Source: Octopus sinensis
Lineage: Eukaryota
Length of the DNA: 64,000 nt
Direction of reading: 5' to 3'
Assembly (NCBI RefSeq): GCF_006345805.1
Contig: NC_042998.1
Coordinates: forward strand, 180,296,001-180,360,000
Made by a program: the position numbers and the translations under genes. Below, one piece after another: positions 12,331-25,962 of the stretch. Below the pieces are notes generated by a model. It had not been told where the DNA came from. It saw only the letters and a program-made list of their open reading frames with translations, and did no database searches. Position 1 is the first letter of the stretch, and every line of letters starts with the position of its first letter.

Positions 12331-14279
12331 TTCATTTCTGTTCATATATACGTGTGTGTATGTGTGCGTTACCAGTACCAAAAATCTCTCTATCTATCTA
12401 TCCGTTTCTCTCTCTCTCTCCTCTCTCTTTCTCTCTCCTCTCTCTTTCTCTCTCCTCTCTCTTTCTCTCTCTGCCTCTTACGCTTCCTTCAATGACGCTA
12501 CCCCATACTGCCACTCCATTTCAACCCATTTCAAGCCATTCAATTCTTTCATCCCTCACCCCAACGCCATTTATTGCCCTATCAACACTCTGCAGCACCA
12601 CATCTTTCTTGTATACCTAGATCTTTTGTCACCAGAGGTAATAGAGTCAATACTCTTAGAAGCACCCGCACACAAGTCTGCCTCCAGTTTATTTCTCCAT
12701 AGAGAATTAAGATGGCATTATTCCTTTCAGTACTGACCAGTTCTATACTACATACACACGCGTGCACACACACATGCACGTACACGTTTGTACTTACCAA
12801 TATGTTTTCACATAATCGAAGAAAATAATCTCTTTTTGTGACATCAGATGTATAAGATGAAAACGACCTGTTGTCTCTAAAGTATCCAAAATTTGATAAA
12901 ATTGTCTATAGGCGCAGGAGTGGCTTTGTGGTAAGTAGCTTGCTTACCAACCACAAGGTTCCACAAGCGCATTCCAGACATCAGTTCTATGGCATTGAAA
13001 ATAATATACAGTGTACATATTAACACAATTTAGTGTCTAGGCCTCCACGTCTCCAAGTGTCTGGATTTCAGACAGAAATTTATCGTCTCTTATCTAGATA
13101 TTAAGATCACGATAAAAGCATGGAAGTCACTCATATTGGAAGATTCCTACAGGGTCAAAAGTACGGTGATTCCTTGGTAGACACCTCCATTGAAAGCTAC
13201 GGTAGGGATAAGGTGTCGGATAGTGTGTGGTTGTCTATTCTAGACAGACAACAACACGAAAGCCTGTAATATAGAAGCTATATCAAACTTTTTCTAGAAA
13301 TCCTTTCATAATTTTGTACGGACTCGTATTGTGACGTACCATGTACATTGACTCTTACGCCAAGCAAACTGTACCAACGAGGAGACATCTACTTCGCACA
13401 CTGAGTAGATATTTCATTTGGTCGTCCTCCATTCCAAATTACTCAACTACATCGCATCGCAATAATTTATTAATGAATATATTAACGAAAATCTATGGAT
13501 AATTACTGTGAAACACACGTGTGTGCGCACGCGTTTGCGTGTATCTGTACTCTCGCACACATGTCATCAGCTAATACTTTAATACAATACAATTCCAAAC
13601 ATACAAAAGTATTGCATGTTAATAACATTTTGCTTTAGACTATTATTGTTTTGTTTTTTTTATCAGTGTTTTTGTTTCCTATTGGTTTCTCAAATCCAAG
13701 CTGAAAATGAAGACATTGCATTCTTCTCCCGCGAGATCGAAAGTAAAAATTCTGTTTCTGTTGCATGATGTTTAGTTGGCGCCATAGTGATAAATGCAAG
13801 TATCGAATTTCAACATTTGATTTCCCTTGAATTTCCTTTCCTTCGTTCTTCTGACATTTTCATGTCAGACATTTCAAATTATTTTGTCATATTTTGACCT
13901 AGAGGAATATGATTAGTGAAAGAATTCGTTTCTATAACTGCAAATACGCTAGCGGAGGCTATGTTAGATGAAAAATATTAGCTCTACCTTTGAAATTCAG
14001 ATTAGAAGTTCGATATGTATTTCTATCCTTTGGGCAATTGTTTAGTAGTTAGTCTTGCATTTTGACAAAGTTAATATCAACAAGATATTAAAACGCGTTG
14101 AACAACTACTCTGCACATATATGTGCGCGACCACACAGTTCGCCACAGAGACACACGCATACAGAGACAAATGCATGAGCATATGTATTCTGTATTTGCA
14201 TTTTGTATTCACTGAGTGCATGAGCCGTTTTACATAGACAGATATATATGGCAACACGCACGAACATATATATATATAT

Positions 14280-14313
<34 letters not shown>

Positions 14314-14328
14314 ATATATATATAATAT

Positions 14329-14381
<53 letters not shown>

Positions 14382-14445
14382 ATATATATATGCATGTATG
14401 TATATGTACGTATATATATATATATATAATATATATATATATATA

Positions 14446-14640
14446 CAACGCCATGATAGACCGTTAGCTCCTACACGCATTCTTTTCTCTCCTTGTTTCT
14501 TTTCTGTGTATCTTTCTGTAGAAGAGCGTACGCTCGAAACGTAAAAGATTTGTCCTATTTCTATTCCTGAGCGCCATACTAATACATTTGTTTATTTGTA
14601 CTCCACCTGCCTTCGTCTTTTGTTTATTTTCGTAAATCTT
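14446..14640 (+). mobile_element. Penelope-like terminal repeat fragment between (AT)n runs
   Basis: Contains gaagagcgtacgctcgaaacgt, a hammerhead-type motif characteristic of PLE pseudo-LTRs. Confidence 0.6.
14510..14549 (+). ncRNA. Minimal type-I hammerhead ribozyme motif (variant core)
   Basis: ATCTTT-CTGTAGA-A-GAGC gtac GCTC-GAAA-CG-TA-AAAGAT. Stems I and II pair perfectly; A6 of CUGANGA is U. Confidence 0.6.
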
Positions 14641-14656
14641 CTCGTTATATATATAT

Positions 14657-14745
<89 letters not shown>

Positions 14746-15439
14746 CAGGTCAGTAATGAGGTTCTCATAAGTGCTACTGGTAAGATGGAATCCTGTACAA
14801 CCTGTTGCATGGTCAGATTGTCGGTGACAAAACCGGCACCCCCACCACGCTACTCTGGTGAGGAGAGTTGCTAGAAACCCAGCAGGATTAAAAACAACAC
14901 CCGTTGAAAGGTCGCTTGAACCTATTTCAGGCTCAGCGGGTTTCTAACAATAGCACGAATAGGCAGAAATTCCGGGATGGTATCCGGCGTGCTGAAAGAC
15001 TACTGGTAGTGAGACACCCCTCAGCTTCTGTTGAAGCATGTCTTTACCTGATGGTCACTCTGTTATAAAACCAGATATGCAGAGAATGGCATTGGACATT
15101 TTGGGTATCTTTGGTTTGTGCTAGAGATCATGGCGTTCCTACATCCCTGAGCCTGCGACTCATATTGGCATCAGATATCTTGCTCTGGCTTGTGTCTGGA
15201 TAATGCCAATAATGTGGAGAGGATCTGTGAGGTGTCATGCAAGTATTCTTGGACCTAAAACTCTGCACAAAGCATTACTGACCTCTGCTTGATATGTGCT
15301 GCATTTTATCCCCCTATATATTACTCTTTTACTTGTTTCAGTCATTTGACTGCGGCCATGCTGGAGCACCGCCTTTAGTCGAGCAAATCGACCCCGGGAC
15401 TTATATATATTTTATTTTTAGTATCTTTATTTTTAGCAT

Positions 15440-16255
15440 ATATTTATTTTCTGTTTTTATTCGGAAGTTCTGCGGCGATGGGAAGGTGGTGAAGCATGCA
15501 GACCTGACGAATTGGAAGCATGTAGTCAGCGAACTGCACGTAGGTAGCTTATGCTAAATATAAAGTCGTCTCCTTATCGCCCAAGACAGCGGTAGGATCC
15601 TGTTGTTGCATGGGTGTCTGAGCAGCTCCATTTAGAGACGGCACTGCTCACCCGGATACCGGGGAGGTTCTAGAAAAGGTGAAAGGAAATTGCCTTTCTT
15701 TCTATATCGAGTCAGTTAAGCGCGACTGACGGATGCCCACTCTACGCTCGAAAAGCAAAGAGACTTTTATTTACAAAATCTGGATGGAACTTGAACATTT
15801 CATGTTGGAATGTGGGCACTCTTTTGGATAACAAGAGTGATTGTAGGCCTGAGAGAGGCACTGTAGTTGTTGCTCGCGAGCTGAACCGCTATAACATTGA
15901 TATAGCTGCACTTTCAGAGACTCATATAGAAGCCGATGGACAGCTTGAGGAAGTAGGAGGTTGATACACATTTTTGCGGAAGGGGAAACAGAAGGAGGAG
16001 CGCAGAGATGCTGGTGTTCGCTTTACAGTTCGATATCGTTAAGAATTTCGAGAAACTTCCTGTTCCTATAAATGAACGTCTAAAGACTCTACGATTGCAC
16101 CTGAAAGGTGGGCGGTTTACTACACTAATAAGTGCCTATGCACCTACTTTGACAAGTTGTGATGAAGATAAAACTATTTTTTTATACCCAGCTGAGAGCC
16201 ATACTTAAGAAAAGCCCCAATTCTACTGGCGAATTTCAATGCAATATTTTAAATA
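15440..16255 (+). mobile_element. RTE-clade (BovB-like) LINE 5' fragment with a degenerate AP-endonuclease
   Basis: LNISCWNVGTLLD, ARELNRYNIDIAALSET and LISAYAPTL motifs with stops and frameshifts. Confidence 0.88.
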
Positions 16256-16266
16256 TTTTCCAGATA

Positions 16267-16338
16267 AATCTAGCTGAAGACTAATCAAATTTACGATAAC
16301 AAACGTATTTGAAGAGTCCGAAACCTAGGCACTAGATT
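16267..16338 (+). ncRNA. Degenerate hammerhead motif with an extended stem II
   Basis: AATCTAG-CTGAAGA...AGTCC-GAAA-CCTAGG-CA-CTAGATT: 7-bp stem I and palindromic stem III, but the cleavage-site U is C. Confidence 0.4.
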
Positions 16339-16659
16339 ATCCGATTCTGGGTTGTCCATTTATCTAATGTTCTTCCTAGAGGTAAGACAGAATTTTTAAT
16401 GTTCGTTGCCCTCACACGTCTTTACCAGTATATTCACATTAAAGCTTTACTATAGCGTCGTAAATGCATCGACTGCTATCTCCAGTAAACATTGGTGCCT
16501 TGTTGTACCAATACTCTATATTTATACGTGTGTGTGTGTGTGTGTGTGTAGTGAAAGTGAGAGAGAGCGAGTTATATATATAGATATAATACAGTCATGC
16601 ACACATACGCAGCATACTGGAACGTGGATATTCACACAGACACGCACACATATATGTCT

Positions 16660-16675
16660 GCGTATAAATGTGTGT

Positions 16676-16738
<63 letters not shown>

Positions 16739-16740
16739 TA
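16660..16740. repeat. (GT)n microsatellite
   Basis: Direct inspection. Confidence 0.95.
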
Positions 16741-17506
16741 GTGCATTAATAGATTTACTTATTCATCGGAATTCTTTGTATCCTAATTGATTGAGAAAGA
16801 GAAGAAGGAAAAAACAATAGTGGTAAGTGGAGCAATTTTTGCTTAAAGTGAAGCAACCAATTCGATTTCTCACACTTTCGTTAGAATTCTGTGATGCCAT
16901 TTGCAACAAAAAGACAATACTGAAGATAATCAAACAATTGGCCGCACCATTATGTTGTAATGTTGTTCAATTGAGAATTATTTGTCCATTTTTGCAGCAA
17001 ATGCATTCAAGAAAATTGATTGGTTATAAATATCAGTATTATATTAGTCACACTTGCATAAAAGGAGGATCTTTTTTTCGTTATTTATTAATTCAATAAC
17101 GTCTTTAGATTATAAGTTACAAATACTTTATATTCCAGATGACTCGTGAATGGTTAACTTTTGACCATTCATTACTTATTTTATAAACACTAGAATTATG
17201 CAATATAAGGCCGAGCGTAGCTTTATTTGATAACAGAAATGTGAGACATCAAACTTAACACTCTGAAGTATATAAACCAGTTATGTAACTTCTGCGTAGC
17301 CTTTTTCGTTATCATAAGGATTTCTTACTTGCCCACAAGGTCAAACATTTATAGAGTGGAAAAAGGTTGTGTTGCATATAGGGAATTTCAAATCACATTC
17401 GTTGAGAGAGGTTACCAGAATTTCAAATAAAAATTGCACTCACGTCACAAAGTTTCTCTACTTCTTCGACAGGGCTGGCTACAGAGTTAGATTATAATAA
17501 AAGGAC

Positions 17507-18770
17507 ACAGAGTGTATCCTTAAAAAGTTCATAAGCTGACTATGAAATAGGGATTCTATAGCTGTGAAATATAGTATGTGTTTTATTAATAACTGCATTG
17601 TTTCTTTCCAGGTAAACAGTTATCTGACTGTTCAAAGGAAAAGTCAAAAGTAACAAGTTGCAACTTTCATTGAACTAGGCAAAATTTAGCATCGTGGTAA
17701 TATCAAGTACCTGCAGAAAAAAGTGTTTTGCCCCTAAGGACATTGATGTTGACATAGTTGCTACATTAGGAGGTGACTTTTCAACTTTATTAACAAAAGT
17801 GGCTAGCTGAATTTAGGAGAGGAAGGGAGTATCTTGAAGATGCCCCACGATCTGGGCGTCCTGGAACTGTTACCATCGAGGAAAGCAGCGGCCGAGTTGC
17901 TTAAATGATGATGGATGACAGGAGATTGGCTATCAGTCGAAAAGCCAATGCTATTAGCATATTCCATGGGGAAGTTGAGAGTATTCTGTAAAATTAACTT
18001 GGCATGGCACAGGTGTCTGTGGTGGGTGCCACGTCTACTGACATGTAATCAAAAGCGTACCAGGCTGCATACTTCACGAGAAAATCTGAGGCAGATCCAG
18101 CTGATTTCATTGAACGTTTTCTAACTCAGAATGAGTGTTGGCTTGATCAATTAGACCCAGAGACAAAGAGATAATTTCTGCAGTGGATATACCCTTTCTT
18201 ACCTGCTGCAAAGAAGACCAAATTCATTCCAGCTGCAGGGAGGGTAATGGCCTTAGTTTTTGGTGTGCAAAAGGCATTGTGTTTATTGGCTATCTTCTAA
18301 AGGGTTACACCATCAGTGGAGAGTAATATGCCAACTCGCTGAGATAGTTATCAAAGGCTATCAAGACCAAAGGCCCAGGAAGAATAACGAAGAGGATCTT
18401 GTTTATCAGGAAGGACAGTACTTCAGCACACAAGTGCTTGGTTTCAATGGATGATGTGCATGACGGTGGCTTTGAACCAGTTGATCGGCCTCCCTAATGT
18501 CCTGATTCGGTTCCATCTGACTATCATCTGTACCTCAACATGAAGAAATACCTGACTGGGAACCAGCGTCGCAGTGATGATGACGTCACATCCGTTGTTG
18601 ATAGCTATTTTGACCAACAGGATGAAGATTTCTTCACCAATGGAATCCAAGCAACGTCGGTGGAAGAAGTGTGTGAATCGCAAAAGTGTCTATGTTGAAA
18701 AATATACTTCATTTGGTCACATTCCATGAGAGTATCTTTGTCAGCCTATGAACTTCTCAGCTGATCCTTA
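17507..18770 (+). mobile_element. Near full-length degenerate mariner transposon
   Basis: Remnants of EDAPRSGRP, WVPRLLT, VFWCAKGIVF and YCPDSVPSDYHL (YSPDLAPSD-like). Imperfect TIRs aaaagttcataagctgac / gtcagcctatgaacttctc. Confidence 0.9.
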
Positions 18771-20243
18771 TATGTCATGATAAAGCTGCCTAGAATTCAG
18801 TCTAGAGTTGAGTGCCCGACTGTACATAATTCACTCTCACAGGCACACACGCATACACGCATATGGCAAGCATATCACACATATAATAAGATAATGAAGA
18901 GGTTGATACCAAAAGTAAGAAAGACAAAATTTCTGAGGCAATTTCATTTCAGAACAATGTGGCATGCAAGTGAATACTGCAAAAAGGAAAAAGAAAAAAA
19001 TTCTGGTGTCCTTTCGATTCTATTTAACAATCACTCGTCTTATTTTCCATTTCAATACCCTCAGGTTTACGGTGTTAAATATGTTAGAGATTCTAGTGAC
19101 ATCACCAATGAAACCAATGAAGTTACTTTAGTAACAGATTTGTTAGGAATAATTTATTCAAATCGATTGTTAGTTGGTAGCAGATATTACTAAATGCTGA
19201 TCAATCTAATATTCTAAATGCACTTCAATCTAATTTCGTTCAACATTTCCATTCTTTCATAGACAGACAAGATACGAAGTTCGTTGACTAATTTCCGAGG
19301 CGCAGCTGGAAGGACGTGGCAAGACATAATTACTGTTTTTCTTTTATGAGAAGTCCTTTTACCCCGAGTAAATACTCTTTAAAATCTTGTCAATCAGACA
19401 TGTTGACAAGTAACGTTAGTCAACACATTTGACATTTAAGTAACGCTACAGTGCTATGACAGATGCAGACGACTGGATAATGATATGACTATTTAGATTG
19501 TCATCAAGCCTAAATTTATAGTTTAATTGTAGTCTCCAATATGGTGTTCTGTCTCCAAGAATAACATTTCAGAACTGTATTATTATCTGTCAGTCATTGA
19601 TTCAGACAGATAGAAAATACAATACTTTAATTGGTCGTTATAATTATGCAACACAATTTCACCCATGAAAATGATACCAGCCACGGGAACATCTCCACTT
19701 TATGAATACGGGATTCTCACCACATGACGCTGGTATGTCTTTCCAGGGCTCATTTTTTCTCTCCTTTTTAAACTTTTGTATCATTTATTGGACTGCTGTC
19801 ACGCAGGACTGCCGTCTTGTGGGGTTAATCGAACAAATCAGCCTTAGTGTTTAAGCTTGGGACTTTTCAACCAGCCCCTTTCGCTAAGTTAAGAGACACC
19901 TGTTTTCAAGTGATTTGAAGAGAAACCCAAGCGCACACACACTTATAAAATATATACATAAAAACAGGCTTCCGCACAATTTCTATCCATCCACCACATT
20001 CACTCAAAAGGCATTGATGAACCCCAGCTATAGATGAAGACGCTTAACAAAGATGGTGCACAGTGAGATTAGATAGTTGCGAAAAGAAACTTCTTAATTA
20101 TAATATACCTGCATCTATATCTTATTTCCTCAACTGAAAACCATGCCGATAGGACAATTAATTTTGTTCAGTATATCAAAACCATATACACAGAACATCT
20201 ACAATTTTTTGTAATAAACAATATATTTTTCTAGCACAGAATA

Positions 20244-20575
20244 AAGGGTAAAGACCCCCTTCGGTCATGAATGACCATGGGATTGCACCTAGAAAGTTAC
20301 TCTCCTAGACACAAGTCCGGGCAAGGTTGTTTTATGGAGGGCCAGCAGTCGCCCATGCATACCAGCCTCCCCTCTCCACGCCACCAGTGTTATCCAAGGG
20401 AAAGACAAAGGTCGATACAGCTTGGCACCAGTGACGTCGCAACTCATTTCTACAGCTGAGTGAACTGGAGCAACGTGAAATAAAGTGCCTTGCTCGAGAA
20501 CACAACACGCAACCCGGTCCGGGATTCGAGCTCACAACCTCACGATCGTAAGCTCGACGCTCTAACCACTGAGCC
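20244..20575 (-). mobile_element. tRNA-Arg-like SINE, family B
   Basis: Head ggctcagtggttagagcgtcgagcttACGatc...gctcgaatccc with A and B boxes, followed by a SINE body. Confidence 0.85.
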
Positions 20576-20614
20576 GGGTTTATAAATATTGCTCGAGTAA
20601 ACGAACCAATATTT

Positions 20615-21008
20615 ATGTATGTATAACCATGTGGTTCCGGATCCAATCTCATCGAACTAAACCTAGGGCGAATGTGTTCTTCTAGCACATAGTTGTAACC
20701 AGTATCTCGAGATGAGCAGAATCCTGTATATGGGTGTGCGTTCTTGTGTGTATATATGGGTATGTATACGGGTGTATGTGAATGTGTGTGCATATGTGTT
20801 TGTCCGGGTTTATGTCTAACACCTACGTAAAATTCGATTTTGTTTATGCTGTGTTCCTTTATGTCTTGTAACCAAGGTTTCAACAAACATACATCAATAA
20901 AATAAAGAACCAGACTACATCAATTATTGCAGTCGATATGATCAGCTAAAACAACTTTGAAGATGGTGCCTCGGCATGGCCAATGTCCAGTGACTGAAAC
21001 CAGTAAAT
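20615..21008 (+). mobile_element. Old diverged SINE (family C-like)
   Basis: aaccatgtggttccgg head, internal GT tract, and tail ggtgcctcggcatggcc...tgactgaaacc. Confidence 0.55.
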
Positions 21009-21312
21009 GAATTTAAATATTCCGAATGGTTATAGATGTTAGATCTGTAATTCATCAGCATTACACTTATAGAAAAATAAATATTTCTGGTATTTATTTA
21101 TTCATAAGAGAAACACTGGTAGCTTGTTATTGCAGTATCAGCGTAAGTTCCTTCGCATTCCTCGATAATCATGAACGTCAATTGTTCAGGAAATATAGAG
21201 TAACTCTGACGATGCTTCCTTTTTCTGAGAGCATTATAATCATAAGTTTCCGTAAAAGTAATTTAATACTAACCATTGTTCTTCCGTGCTTGACCTGCTA
21301 AATAGGAAAACA

Positions 21313-21920
21313 TATAGATGTTTTCGATCTAGTTTGGATTCTTTGCCATCAAATTTGAATCCTTTGCAATCAAATTTGAATCCTTTGAAATCAAATTTGA
21401 ATTCATGACAATCAAATTAAAATTTTTTAATTGGTGCTCAAGCCTTGAAAAAAAAAGAGAGTTAAACTACAACCGTAAGGGAGTACATGTCTATCTTATC
21501 TAAGTCGTCCAGTAGAGCCCACCAATTGATATTTGAAAAGTTCGATGAAATAACTCATGAACACTGCCATTCCTTCTACCAAAAGATGCTCCGTCATATC
21601 GACCGGTTGAACAAGCGGAGATAATAAACGAATGATTCTTTTTCTATTATCTCTCCTTGTTCAGACCGGTCGACATAACAGAGCATCTTTTGGTAGAAGC
21701 TATCGCAGTGCTCATGAGCTATTTCATCGAAATTTTCAGATATCAATTGGTGGGTTCTACTGGACGAGTTAGATAAGATAGACATGTATTCCTTTGCGGC
21801 TAATGTAGTTTAACTCTCTTTTTTTTTCAAGGCTCGAGCACCAATTGAACAATTCAAATTTGATTGCAAAGAATTCAAATTTTATGGCAAAGAATCCAAA
21901 TTAGATCGAAAACATCTATA
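21313..21920. mobile_element. Foldback/MITE: about 608-bp palindrome with TA ends
   Basis: Arms of about 300 bp are reverse complements meeting near 21630; 21-bp subterminal tandem units. Confidence 0.88.
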
Positions 21921-23758
21921 TTAACTCAACAATCAAGAAATTACTATTCAGAGGACGCAGAATTTTTATACCAAACTAGCAGTGATGCAATCATCAGTTT
22001 AGATGTTAACTGCAGGCACGGAGATGCAGTTAACAGGTTCACCTCGAACTCAAGTGGTTTCGAGTTCGATTCTATTTTGAGACTCTGTGTGAAAATTTCT
22101 TGTAACATAGCCTCGGTCAGATCCAAACCTCGTGGGTGAATTTGGGCAGATGGAAACTGCAAAAGAATTTTGAATGGGCCACACCAGTTCATGGGTGTCA
22201 CATTCAGTCACTACCTTTTACCTAGTTGCCTTTAAAAGAAAATTAAAAAATATTTTTGTTGTTTTTGTAAAATCTCAGAAAATAATTAATCTGTAGCAAT
22301 CGTCAGGATGACACTCTGGTCTAAGAATAACTTGTTAATTCAAAGCATTGTTTCCTGCTGTAATAACCCATAAATAGTGGGATCTTTCTTTTCTTTAACA
22401 ATTCTTGAAGGCCTTGTAAAATATTATGAACTTTTTTCTTTCTCCTCTTCATATGGAATGACAAAATACGGAAATTTGCTTCCGAAAATTACTATTTTTA
22501 AGCCAGCATTTTAATTCAAGATATCAGGGTACGCACGTACAATCACAATTCTGTTGAAGATAACTTGCCATTTCTACATCAGCAATTAACAATGCTACTA
22601 TTCAGGGGACATAATAAAAACAGCTACTTGTGTATATCGCATAGCAGCATAACGTCTGGCAACACATAAAAAAGAATCTAACTGACATCTGTGTAATGTA
22701 AATCTTGACATATTGAATGACCCCAAGCTAACATATCATATAATTCTGACAGCAGTTTCCGTACAATGTTGCGTTATTCTTGTTCCTATAGGTTAGAAAT
22801 ATAGTAGCTGCGATACTGATCGTGTTTTAGTGTATTTAGTGTTTGATTGTAATTAAGTTATTGTTCTTGTTCTTCTTGCTATAATCGTTGTTATTGTTGT
22901 TATGAACAGCGTTTTGGAATGGAGATATATGGAATTTTATATATTATGACGAGTAACAACTTTGATATATCGCAGTTTTATTTAGTGTAATGCAGTGTAG
23001 ATGGCGGGAGTTTAAGATGGCTGAATCGATATATTGCTGGCCTATCAGACAGAATCGACAGATCGTATTTACTCCCTGACACTGAGTAATATTAATATCG
23101 AAAATAACTTCCAATCACGCTGACTAGTTCAACCAAACCGGAAAATGAATTCCAGAGTTACTACAAAATTTTAATGAACAACAGCCTCGCATAATTTCCT
23201 ATGCAGCCCTTTGCAATCTAAGAATAATGAGTTCGAATCCTCTTAAGTTATTGGATATACTAACGGTTACCCTATCTTTTGTATCTAAAGGGATACTAAT
23301 AACAAGAAAGCCAATAATCGTCTACGGTTGGTGTGTGGAATATTAATATAGATTTTAAATGCATTTCAGTGTGCTATAAACCAATAGTGAAAAATTACTA
23401 ACAATTCGGGATGTACTGAGATTAGAACCATGTTCGCATGTTATGTGAGAGATATTTCATGTCTTAAACCTCGTTGTTTATCCTAATTGTCGAATTTCTT
23501 CACGCAAAATGTTTGTTTATCCATGTCAAAATCATTTAGATCTTCCTTTCAACTACATATAAAGCTATGAGTTATTTCTAGACACATATTGCCACACGTT
23601 CATTCTGTAGCTGAAACTTCACGAAATGTAGGTGAAAGAAATGCAGTATATAGTTTTTAGAAGATAAGTACAACGTAGCAGCAATATATGGATGTATATA
23701 TGTATGCATGTCTATTTACGTACGTACGCACACATGCATGCGTGTGTGTATGTATATA

Positions 23759-23825
<67 letters not shown>

Positions 23826-23959
23826 ATATACGTATATGTATGTATAAATACTTATGTATACGTATGTATTTATATGTTATGTATATGTGTGTATTCTTGT
23901 TTCTGTAGGTTAGATATATGGTAGATTCGATACTGATTGTGCTATAGCCAGCATGTATA

Positions 23960-24308
23960 TACGCGCAGGTGCATCTGTGCGGTAAGGAGCTTGCATTTCA
24001 ACCACATGGTTCCCGGCTCAGTCCAACTGCGTGGCACCTTGGGTAAGCGAATTGTACTATAACCTCGGGGCGACCAATGCTTTTGAGTGGATTTGGTAGA
24101 CGGAAACTGTGCGCGCACGTGCGCGTGTGTGCGCGCACGTGCGCGTGTGTGTGCTTCCACGTGTGTTTGTACCCCTAACGGTTCGGCAAGAGACCGTTAG
24201 AATAAGTACTAGGTTTACAAAGAATGAGTCCTGGGGTGGATTTGTTTGATTAATGCGGTGCGAGAGCACGGCCGCAGACACATGACTGAATTAAGTAAAA
24301 CAATAAAG
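23960..24308 (+). mobile_element. SINE family C (CORE-like ccttgggcaagtg domain)
   Basis: Head aaccacatggttcc, CORE-like box, and tail ...gaataagtactagg...gactgaa. Confidence 0.8.
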
Positions 24309-24362
24309 GAATAAAAAATATATGTATATGTAGGCATACATATATGAAAGTACATATGTATA

Positions 24363-24421
<59 letters not shown>

Positions 24422-24532
24422 TATATTATATATATTGGAAAAGGATACGTAGCGTTCAATCATATTATAATATAAATAATATATAAATATATGCATATAT
24501 ACATACATATATGTACATAACTACATCTATAC

Positions 24533-25085
24533 ATGCATATATGGGTACAGGACATCAAAAAACCGTTGAACACAATGAGAAACGAAAACATAGAAACAAA
24601 AACATGGAAACGAACTTTTATTCAAACAGCGAAAAAACAGAGTACGAGACATACAACACAAGGAATATTACCCTTCTTCAGTAGTCCCTGTTTTATCTAC
24701 TCTACTTTTCGAAGGTAAGGACAAGACGCGACTCCGTTGAAACAGTTCTTTCCGCAAAGCAAATTAATTAAAATTTGGGATTTTTGCGGAGGGGTATTGG
24801 TGTTAGCAAGAAAAGGACAGTAAGAACAAAACAAGACAGTAAAAAACAATACAAGTAAAAACAGTAAAAGACAGGAAAAAGAGAATATATATATATGTAT
24901 ATAGATTAACAGAATGAGATAAAAATCCAAGATTTTTCACCAATCCAGGGTGAAATGTTACTTGAAAGAAGGCGAATGTTTGCGACAGGAAGGACCTGCG
25001 GTCGTACAAAATCTGTCTATTCCACGCTCGAAGCGGAAAGCCAGTGTTGCATTTGTTTGTATTTTCTTAGTCTCTGCGTTCAATT
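24533..25085 (-). mobile_element. Unclassified repeat, possibly a PLE 3' end
   Basis: Bounded by (AT)n runs and carries ctgaagaaggg on the minus strand, but no complete ribozyme or clear ORF. Confidence 0.3.
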
Positions 25086-25089
25086 GACT

Positions 25090-25138
25090 ATATATGTATA
25101 TATATAGTATATATATATAATATATATATATATATATG

Positions 25139-25175
<37 letters not shown>

Positions 25176-25178
25176 ATA

Positions 25179-25232
<54 letters not shown>

Positions 25233-25247
25233 CTATATATAGATATA

Positions 25248-25307
<60 letters not shown>

Positions 25308-25360
25308 GTTATATATATATATATATATATAGATATATATATATATATATATAGGTATAG

Positions 25361-25391
<31 letters not shown>

Positions 25392-25563
25392 GTATATATT
25401 ATGTATATATATATCTATGTATGTATATGTAATATATATATGTATATATATATATATATGTATATTATATATGTAATATATAGTATGTATGTATGGTGTA
25501 TGTATATATATAATATATGCATTTGTAAATATATATGTATAATATATATAGTGTATGTGCGTG

Positions 25564-25627
<64 letters not shown>
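25090..25627. repeat. Long degenerate (AT)n low-complexity tract
   Basis: Direct inspection. Confidence 0.95.
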
Positions 25628-25633
<6 letters not shown>

Positions 25634-25962
25634 AGACGATATTTTCAACCGAGACGTAACAACCGTTGCTTCTGATTCTTCAAGTACTTCAATCCTTCGT
25701 ATGTAACATATATTTACTCGATTGCTGGAATTTTGTTTTGCCATTTTCTGTAATCAAAAAAAGAGAAAAAAAGCTGTCAGTAATTTTGACGATACGGGTA
25801 TGCTTTAATTACTAATAAAATGCAAGTAGCAATAAAATCACTGAATCTCCCGGAATTACGTTCGAACGATATTCTTTCCAGATCTCTTCATTCTACTCGG
25901 TTTCTGTTCTCGAGTGCTACCGAGGAAATACCTTATGAGCACTTGTATGCTTTTAGATAGTA

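Noticed and set aside
20500-20575. tRNA-Arg(ACG) gene
   Set aside because: No closing acceptor stem; it continues into a SINE body.
22985-23150. YY1/E2F/CCAAT-like promoter motifs (also near 51787)
   Set aside because: Short motifs with no linked first exon or gene.
24655-24690. Hammerhead on the minus strand (ctgaagaaggg...cctt)
   Set aside because: No GAAA box or stem I complement follows.
25628-25665. Hammerhead-like tagacga...aaccgagacgta
   Set aside because: Too many core and stem mismatches to distinguish from chance.
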